IMG/VR virus record: IMGVR_UViG_3300035492_000012
Coordinates: 1-39,727 of that record
DNA length: 39,727 nt
Origin: a virus
Direction: 5' to 3' (one strand)
Shown: positions 16,368-22,000 of the stretch, piece after piece
Layout of the letters: every line of letters begins with the position of its first letter
How positions within the stretch are numbered: the stretch's first letter is position 1
Notes under the pieces: generated by a model
What the model was told of the DNA's origin: nothing
What the model saw: only the letters and a program-made list of their open reading frames with translations
The model's database searches: none
Made by a program: the position numbers and the translations under genes

Positions 16368-16776
16368 GGCAGTAACTCCTATCAGATGATTCAGGCAAGC
16401 GTACTCCGTTGAACGCGCTTGACTTGAAGCATCTCAGACAGTCTAGGTACTGGGGACCGGACCCCGCAAGGCTGGCGTTAGTTCGCCATAACCTGCCCGA
16501 CAATCCCTAGACTGTCACCATGCCCCACTGCACGACCGTGGACGGATGGCACCGCTCGACCCGATTCTATTATGGCAGCGGGTCTCAGCCTGCCAGCCCA
16601 TCTATAACGCCGGGGCCTTGCTTCACCTTGCCTTCCATGCGCCAGCCCGAAAGCCTTTGCACTCCAGCCGAGACATCCTGTCAAGGTGCCGATCATTATC
16701 GGGACAGTTTGCCTTGGGACTTCCAGCTTGCGCCTTGGTCCGCCAGTCCGGCCCGTTTGCCGTCTTGCATGGTGCC

Positions 16777-16805
16777 ATTCTAGCGACACCGCATCATCTT
16801 GTCAA
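16777..16805 (-). promoter_or_regulatory. Sigma70-type early promoter (TTGACA-17 nt-TAGAAT)
   Basis: Read on the minus strand: -35 at 16805..16800 and -10 at 16782..16777. It faces the early genes. Confidence 0.6.
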
Positions 16806-17075
16806 GCCTAATTTGTCCTGAATCAGTTGGCTAAGCTGAAGCCTTCTTATCTATAGGTCCGGACTGGGTACCAGAAGGCGGCTAATCGCTCCCCAGTCCG
16901 TAGGCTAGCACACGTATGTACTGCGCTAGCCTTGTGTTACCTGATGCCCGATCTTGCTTGGCTTGTCAAGCTACCAGCCTAGACCGGATCACTTGACGAC
17001 ATTGTGAGATGGGTTTGCTTTACGTCCTATACCCCGCCCGGACTTGGTAGCTCACAACGTCTTGCCATGTGCTGC

Positions 17076-17104
17076 ACTTTAGAGGATACCTAGTACCCTG
17101 TCAA
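17076..17104 (-). promoter_or_regulatory. Sigma70-type early promoter (TTGACA-17 nt-TAAAGT)
   Basis: -35 at 17104..17099 and -10 at 17081..17076. It shares the -10 context TAAAGTGC with the next promoter. Confidence 0.6.
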
Positions 17105-17166
17105 GCCTTTGGTAGGAAATTGTCATCCTACCGCAGTGCCCAGCGTTCCGTGCTGGTATGGTTCGC

Positions 17167-17195
17167 ACTTTACATAGGTTTTAGTAGGCTGTCAA
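17167..17195 (-). promoter_or_regulatory. Sigma70-type early promoter (TTGACA-17 nt-TAAAGT)
   Basis: -35 at 17195..17190 and -10 at 17172..17167. Confidence 0.6.
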
Positions 17196-17214
17196 CACAT
17201 TGTTTCAGGCCGTG

Positions 17215-17240
17215 GCTATAAAGTGCCATAATCTAGGAGA
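17215..17240 (+). promoter_or_regulatory. Inverted (plus-strand) copy of the candidate phage RNAP promoter
   Basis: GCTATAAAGTGCCATAATCTAGGAGA matches the minus-strand sequence at 37957..37932 at 23 of 26 positions. Confidence 0.4.
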
Positions 17241-17486
17241 AGTCCGCAGGGCTGCCCGCTAGGGCTGGCCGGTGGCGAACCGCGCTAGCCGGTAGGCTGG
17301 CAAGGTGCGGGTAGTGTGTCCAGTGGGGTACAGGTAGGATAGCCATAGGACCTGCATAGGATGCACATAGGATGACAGCGGGGTAGGTATAGGGATACGC
17401 ACAGGCAAAGGCGCCATAGGCAGCGTAGGCAAAGCATAGGCAAGCCGCACCAGAGTGCACACCGCAAGGTGGATGCCCATAGGATA
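17234..17486. repeat. Array of about 13 short TAGG-core direct repeats, mostly (C/G)(A/T)TAGG(A/C), with 10-11 bp phasing
   Basis: TAGG starts at 17234, 17260, 17293, 17335, 17346, 17357, 17368, 17384, 17390, 17417, 17426, 17437 and 17480. About one occurrence would be expected by chance. Confidence 0.85.
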
Positions 17487-17505
17487 CAGCATAGTACCGC
17501 ACCGA

Positions 17506-17533
17506 TTGACAGCAGCAAGCCAGCATGTACAAT
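17506..17533 (+). promoter_or_regulatory. Sigma70-like promoter on the plus strand (TTGACA-16 nt-TACAAT), pointing away from the early genes
   Basis: Hexamers read directly. No gene lies downstream on this strand. Confidence 0.45.
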
Positions 17534-17615
17534 ACACCACATGGCAAGGCATACCGCCGCGCGGTACTCAAGCTGCTGGGTACACTGTACCGCTGAAGAA
17601 AATGCAGATGCGGGG

Positions 17616-17643
17616 TTGACAGCCCCGCTGGATGGTGTACACT
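17616..17643 (+). promoter_or_regulatory. Sigma70-like promoter on the plus strand (TTGACA-16 nt-TACACT), pointing away from the early genes
   Basis: Hexamers read directly. The -10 lies within the second copy of the 12-mer GTACACTGTACC (17580..17591 and 17637..17648). Confidence 0.45.
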
Positions 17644-17847
17644 GTACCCATCGAAGCAGCGAGGGAGACGCACCGCCACAGACCCAGCACCCTGCCTACG
17701 GCAGAGGCCCAGTTTCCCACGGAGAACACCGCAGGCTGCCCAGAGCACCCGGCAGGGGGGAAGGTCGCGCGGTGATGGGTGGGAAGGCGGCTTGCATAGA
17801 CGCACCAAATTTAAGCGCCTATAGAACACGCCAAGCCACACGCACTA

Positions 17848-17922
17848 CCCACGCACAGACCACCCACGCACCAGCTCACACCACCCACAGAGCCTCCCAC
17901 AGAATCCCACAGGAGGCCACAG
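17848..17922. repeat. Array of CCCAC(A/G) short direct repeats immediately downstream of the last gene
   Basis: CCCAC at 17848, 17863, 17884, 17896 and 17906, plus GCCAC at 17916. The last four units are spaced 10-12 bp apart, and the plus strand here is C/A-rich. Confidence 0.8.
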
Positions 17923-17929
17923 TCAAACC

Positions 17930-18124
17930 TTACGCGCCAGCAGCATCCACCGCAGTCACAGCGGCCAGGGTCGCGGTGACCTGGGCATCGAACGCGGTGT
18001 TGTACTCGGCGCTCTGCGGTTGCTCATGGCCGCCTTGGGCGTGCTTCTGAGCCAGCACAGCGAGCTTGTACACTTCGTCGCGCAGGGCTTCTACTTCTTC
18101 ACGGGTTGCACTTGCAATAGCCAT
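17930..18124 (-). CDS. Hypothetical protein (64 aa); the last gene of the transcription unit
   Basis: AAAGGAA RBS, preceded by a TACTAC motif. Ala-rich and helical in appearance. Confidence 0.7.
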   Translation of the reverse strand: MAIASATREEVEALRDEVYKLAVLAQKHAQGGHEQPQSAEYNTAFDAQVTATLAAVTAVDAAGA

Positions 18125-18147
18125 ATCAGTCTTCCTTTCTTCAGTTA

Positions 18148-18166
18148 TACTACGTTTGTACTACGG
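18148..18166 (-). promoter_or_regulatory. Second copy of the CCGTAGTA-N5-GTAGTA motif
   Basis: The plus strand reads TACTAC-N5-TACTACGG, the same as 12534..12552. It lies 23 nt upstream of ATG 18124. Confidence 0.35.
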
Positions 18167-18185
18167 TTTACTTCAGGGTTGCACT

Positions 18186-18419
18186 TCAGTTGTCCGAACC
18201 AGATTCACCTCGGGCGAACCCGTTCAGACTGTTACAAGTGTCGAGCGCGAGTTGGTACGCAGAGACAGCCCTGGCCAAGCCAGCATTGTCTCGCACGAAG
18301 ATACTCGGGTGCTCACACCGGGCAGGCTCAATTGGTACAGTTACCGTACTGGCACAGCCCATCAATGACCCGATCAGGCACAGCACCGCCAGCCCAATCA
18401 GGGTTCTCTTGGATACCAC
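18186..18419 (-). CDS. Rz1-like outer-membrane lipoprotein spanin (o-spanin)
   Basis: Signal peptide with lipobox LIGSLMGC. It overlaps the 3' end of Rz (18328..18419) in another frame and extends beyond it. Confidence 0.7.
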   Translation of the reverse strand: MVSKRTLIGLAVLCLIGSLMGCASTVTVPIEPARCEHPSIFVRDNAGLARAVSAYQLALDTCNSLNGFARGESGSDN

Positions 18420-18639
18420 GGTCTACCTCCTGCCGGGACTTCCCAGCCAGTTCAAGCGCCTGGGCCAAGGCGTCTCGGGTACGCTCGGTACGGGCCTTCT
18501 CCTGCGCCAGGAGGGCCTCTGCAGCCTCAGCCCTGGCAAGGGTACTGCCTACCTTAGCAGCCGTGCCCCACAGCCCGTACAGCGCCACAGACAGGGCCAG
18601 AACCAAAGCAGCTACTACCCCTACCAGAACACGGTTCAT
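18328..18639 (-). CDS. Rz-like inner-membrane spanin (i-spanin)
   Basis: N-terminal TM segment VLVGVVAALVLALSVALYGL followed by a coiled coil. ATG 18639 forms an ATGA overlap with the endolysin stop. Confidence 0.75.
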   Translation of the reverse strand: MNRVLVGVVAALVLALSVALYGLWGTAAKVGSTLARAEAAEALLAQEKARTERTRDALAQALELAGKSRQEVDRGIQENPDWAGGAVPDRVIDGLCQYGNCTN

Positions 18640-19142
18640 CGCAGGTCCTCCACGCAAAGCTGGTACTCGGCCCAGCGCCTGTTCTCAAGGCCCCTGTGGG
18701 GCACGAGATTCACAGTAGCGCGGTAGCCCCTGGCAACCCCCTTACTGGTCTTCCAGTCCGCTACAATCGCAGCACAGGCGGCTTCCCAGCGGCCCTCAGA
18801 TAGGGGCAGCAGCACAGGGTTCTTCCAGTGCAGGAACCCAGCCACACCCACGTTGTACGCGAGGCTGAGCATACTTGCCTTGACGCTCCCAGGTGCGTTC
18901 TCAGGCACGGCAGACTCGATGCCCTGCCAGTGCCTTACCATGTCGTCTCTGAGCTGTACAGCGCACTCCTGGGCCGTGTACTGGGCCTTCTGTGGGTTCA
19001 GTCCGCCGAAGCAGTACGTGGGGACGCCGCCGGCATCTAGGTACACAGACCGGACTTCACCCTCCCGCAGGCCCACGAAGGCACCTGCAGTAGCGATGAA
19101 TGCCGTAGCACCCACCGCCAACAGTCGTTGCTTAATCCCCAC
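18636..19142 (-). CDS. SAR endolysin (GH24 lysozyme family)
   Basis: N-terminal weakly hydrophobic segment LLAVGATAFIATAGAFVGL, followed by the catalytic E-X8-D-X5-T pattern (REGEVRSVYLDAGGVPT). Confidence 0.85.
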   Translation of the reverse strand: MGIKQRLLAVGATAFIATAGAFVGLREGEVRSVYLDAGGVPTYCFGGLNPQKAQYTAQECAVQLRDDMVRHWQGIESAVPENAPGSVKASMLSLAYNVGVAGFLHWKNPVLLPLSEGRWEAACAAIVADWKTSKGVARGYRATVNLVPHRGLENRRWAEYQLCVEDLR

Positions 19143-19335
19143 GAGCCGCCCTCCGCTTCTCCCGCCAGAACTTGAAGGTCTCGTAAGCCTTCGGCAGCGC
19201 GTTCCACAGCAAGACCAGGGTGTACACCAGGGTCACTACAGCTACTACGTGGTTCAGTGTGATTGCCGAAGCCACTACCCCTCCCCAGGCAATACCACCT
19301 TTCAGGCTCTCTTGCCAGTAATTAAAATTAGTCAT
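19132..19335 (-). CDS. Holin (pinholin-like, two TM segments)
   Basis: 67 aa with two hydrophobic helices and a basic C-terminus (REKRRAARGD). Located directly upstream of the SAR endolysin. Confidence 0.75.
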   Translation of the reverse strand: MTNFNYWQESLKGGIAWGGVVASAITLNHVVAVVTLVYTLVLLWNALPKAYETFKFWREKRRAARGD

Positions 19336-21107
19336 CGGACTCTCCGTCGCAGCGCCTTCACGCTACTCTTTGGTTTCGCCCCGCGCTTCCCGTAACCCAT
19401 AGGGTCGTCTAGGAACTTGCGGGCTTCTTCCTTTTCACGATGCCGCTTCGCTTTATCCTCGTCAACGGCAAGGTGGTCCACGAGGCTGCGGCAGAGTTGC
19501 TCCAGCACATCTACTCGGTCATCCTTGGCCAGTGAGCCGCGATCCGTGGTGATGTTCTGTAGCTGGAACAGGCCGCTGTACTGCAGCCGCCGATCCATAG
19601 GGTATTGCTGTAGTAGCTCGATGTCCATATCAAGCGCCCGCTTGTGCAACACCAAGCGGTGCCGCTGCAGAATTGGACGAATAGTGTCGATGATACGACG
19701 CTCTTTCTGCCCGGTGGCGTTTGCATCGGTGATGCCAACACCCTCAACACGCTTCTTACCACGCTCGTCAAGGCCGTTGAAGTAGTTCTGGATAAGTCGC
19801 GTCACCGCACCAGCACCCATATTCTTCTCCACTACTACACGCTTGACGCTGAACTCTTTAACCACATCAACCAGCTTCTCCAGGTTGGCATCAGCAAAGC
19901 CGCCTCGGAAGCCACCCCAGGCTAGAACGTGCAGGTACGGACCAACCACACCGCCAACTGCGAATGCCAGTTCGTCCCCACCGTCGCTGGCAGGGTCTAC
20001 GCACATCACAATGTCGGTTAGAGGTCGGAACACCTCGGACATACTAGCTGGGCGATAGAACTCAGGCTTCAAGGTGCCCAGCTCTGGCGGCACTGGCCAT
20101 GCCAAGCGGGGGTCTGCTGCCCAAGTCAGCACCTCTGGTACAGAGGTAGGTGCGAAGTCCCCTACGATCAGGTCGCGGATTTTCAGCTGCTGACGCAAGG
20201 CATCCATCAACGCCGTGTTCAGCATAAACTGCAGCTCGAAGGTCTCAGGTCCTTGGTCAAGCTCTTTGTCGCACAGGTCTGCTTCATTGAAGCGATGCGG
20301 ATCGGTGGGCCATCCACGGCTACCGTCCAATCCTCCGCCAGTGCGGCAGCGGTCCCCGAGCATACCCATACGCTCGACGATACTCGGCGCAAGATGCTCG
20401 CCGTAAGCCTTCTGCTGCTTATCTGTGGGGAAGCGTCCAGGCCAGATACGCACAGCGAAGCCGCGCTGCGGGAGGCGGTTATAGATGCTATCCTTGGTCT
20501 GCGGGGTGCCCAGGTACATAATGCGCCCGTGCGTGCAGATACTGGTGAACTCTTTGGATAGCAGCTCCAAGTGCGACCGCTGCTGGGCAGTCAGGCCATT
20601 CTTGGTAGTCTCGATGTCGTCAGGAATCAGAACGTCCGCACGTAGCCCCTGCAGGGATGCTGTGATACCAATACAGTTCACACTTGCGGACTTGTCAATA
20701 CCTTTCAGGCTCCAATGCACATCGAACTCAACTGTCGATACTCGGTCTCCCGCGTACTTATCAGGGCGCAGATACTCCAGCTTATCCCACTTGTGGATCA
20801 AGCTGTGCATCAGCATCCCGTTCTCGTCGGCCTTGTCCTGCGCCCCGGAGATAAGGAGTACACGGCAGCTGGGTGCCTGTATCAAGGACCAGATACCGTA
20901 CAGGCAGGCAATGGTGCTCTTGGCCTCACCGCGCTGCGCCTCTGTCATTTGCTTGTCTGGACCGTACTGCATCCAGTCCGCAATATCTTCCTGCATCCAA
21001 GTGGTGTCGAAGCCGAGGAACGCCATAGCGTCTTTGCAGAACTCCCGGAACTCCGGGTAAAGGTCCCGCATTAACTTCGCACGCTCATAGCGTTCATCGA
21101 CTTTCAT
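19332..21107 (-). CDS. Terminase large subunit
   Basis: 591 aa, T7 gp19-like. ATPase motifs QRGEAKST and VLIPDDIET, with a C-terminal nuclease region. Confidence 0.92.
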   Translation of the reverse strand: MKVDERYERAKLMRDLYPEFREFCKDAMAFLGFDTTWMQEDIADWMQYGPDKQMTEAQRGEAKSTIACLYGIWSLIQAPSCRVLLISGAQDKADENGMLMHSLIHKWDKLEYLRPDKYAGDRVSTVEFDVHWSLKGIDKSASVNCIGITASLQGLRADVLIPDDIETTKNGLTAQQRSHLELLSKEFTSICTHGRIMYLGTPQTKDSIYNRLPQRGFAVRIWPGRFPTDKQQKAYGEHLAPSIVERMGMLGDRCRTGGGLDGSRGWPTDPHRFNEADLCDKELDQGPETFELQFMLNTALMDALRQQLKIRDLIVGDFAPTSVPEVLTWAADPRLAWPVPPELGTLKPEFYRPASMSEVFRPLTDIVMCVDPASDGGDELAFAVGGVVGPYLHVLAWGGFRGGFADANLEKLVDVVKEFSVKRVVVEKNMGAGAVTRLIQNYFNGLDERGKKRVEGVGITDANATGQKERRIIDTIRPILQRHRLVLHKRALDMDIELLQQYPMDRRLQYSGLFQLQNITTDRGSLAKDDRVDVLEQLCRSLVDHLAVDEDKAKRHREKEEARKFLDDPMGYGKRGAKPKSSVKALRRRVR

Positions 21108-21109
21108 AC

Positions 21110-21412
21110 TTAATGCCTCATGTCAGGGTACAGATCATCCAGGTCTGTTTTAGCAGCAACGACAGAGCGAGGCGCAGTCTTGCGCCTCCCCTCCATCTCT
21201 GCCTGGAACTCTGCCCGAAGTTTCTCCAATGCGTCCCCATCCATAGGGTCCGCAGTCACGTTATTATCCTTGAGGAACTTAGCCACCGCAGACTTATCCG
21301 CAGCAGGGACAGGGATCGGTGGGTCTTGGCTCATGTACCAGCGGAGTTCATTCAGCATGACCTCCGCCAGTATCCCATGCAGCTCCTCAAGGCGGTCTTT
21401 TTTAGCAGCCAT
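21110..21412 (-). CDS. Terminase small subunit (DNA maturase A-like)
   Basis: 100-aa ORF immediately upstream of the large subunit, as in the phiKMV group. The call rests on position and size. Confidence 0.65.
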   Translation of the reverse strand: MAAKKDRLEELHGILAEVMLNELRWYMSQDPPIPVPAADKSAVAKFLKDNNVTADPMDGDALEKLRAEFQAEMEGRRKTAPRSVVAAKTDLDDLYPDMRH

Positions 21413-21516
21413 AAGTCTCTTCGTCAGTTGGCTCGGACATTGCGATCCTCATATTGCAATACCTGCTCAGTGTGGTGTCATTTAGCATTGCTTGTGCAGC
21501 ACTGGGACGTTGGTTG

Positions 21517-21936
21517 TCATTTGTCATTCTCCAGCGCTTTTTGCGCGTCGCTTTCTTCCATTCCATGCCTCACCATAGCACGGACTGCAAACTCAGCGGA
21601 TGAGTAGGGCTGGCCATTCTGGTATCCGTACCTGAGCTGGGCCTTATAGCACGCAAGTTCCATCTGTATTCTGATGGCCTTGATTCGGTAGAGGGCGTGC
21701 TGCACCCATGGTGCGGTGAGACCGATGCCGTACAGCTCTGCAATCACAAAATGACCAAGTGTCGAGGCTGCGACGATGGTGCCAATCACACAATACCACC
21801 ACTGCCTAACATGCAGTTTTTCGTGCTCTAGCAGACCGTGATCGTTCCGCGCAGACGAGCTTATTTTGATACGCCACATGCGCTGATTGCCTGGTGGGTT
21901 GAGTCCGTCTTTATAGCTCAGGGAGTAGTATTGCAT
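21517..21936 (-). CDS. Hypothetical HExxH-motif membrane protein (139 aa)
   Basis: LLEHEKLHVRQ followed by the hydrophobic segment YCVIGTIVAASTLGHFVIAELYGIGL. It lies in the low-GC block shared with the tailspike C-terminus. Confidence 0.7.
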   Translation of the reverse strand: MQYYSLSYKDGLNPPGNQRMWRIKISSSARNDHGLLEHEKLHVRQWWYCVIGTIVAASTLGHFVIAELYGIGLTAPWVQHALYRIKAIRIQMELACYKAQLRYGYQNGQPYSSAEFAVRAMVRHGMEESDAQKALENDK

Positions 21937-21956
21937 CCAAAGATCACTCTAAGTAG

Positions 21957-21985
21957 AGATAAAAGAAGCCTCCGGTTAGAGGCTT
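21957..21985 (-). terminator. Rho-independent terminator downstream of the tailspike gene
   Basis: The minus strand reads AAGCCTC-TAACCG-GAGGCTT followed by CTTTTATC. Confidence 0.6.
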
Positions 21986-22000
21986 TAATGTTAGCGGCGT

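Noticed and set aside
16478-16789. 103-aa minus-strand ORF in the early leader
   Set aside because: It starts upstream of the predicted transcription start of the adjacent promoter and has no Shine-Dalgarno sequence. Its Arg/Gly/Pro-rich composition is typical of a chance ORF in GC-rich DNA.
16941-16969. A fourth minus-strand TTGACA box (16969..16964), plus another at 16684..16679
   Set aside because: No acceptable -10 hexamer lies at 16-18 nt spacing; the best candidates are CATCAG and TGCAAA. They are not called as promoters.
17233-17841. 202-aa minus-strand ORF, with nested 85-97-aa ORFs, across the repeat arrays
   Set aside because: The Cys/Tyr/Pro/Leu-rich translation is a by-product of the TAGG and CCCAC repeats. 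Three overlapping frames are open at once, and none has an RBS.
17234-17922. Short-repeat arrays as a CRISPR array
   Set aside because: The units are 5-9 nt at 10-12 bp spacing, with no 25-40-nt repeats or spacers and no cas genes. They are consistent with protein-binding or junction repeats instead.
17469-18050. 193-aa plus-strand ORF downstream of the plus-strand promoters
   Set aside because: Its composition is His/Thr/Ala/Arg-rich and low in complexity. It runs antisense into the real 64-aa gene and has no RBS. The plus-strand promoters are better treated as non-coding.
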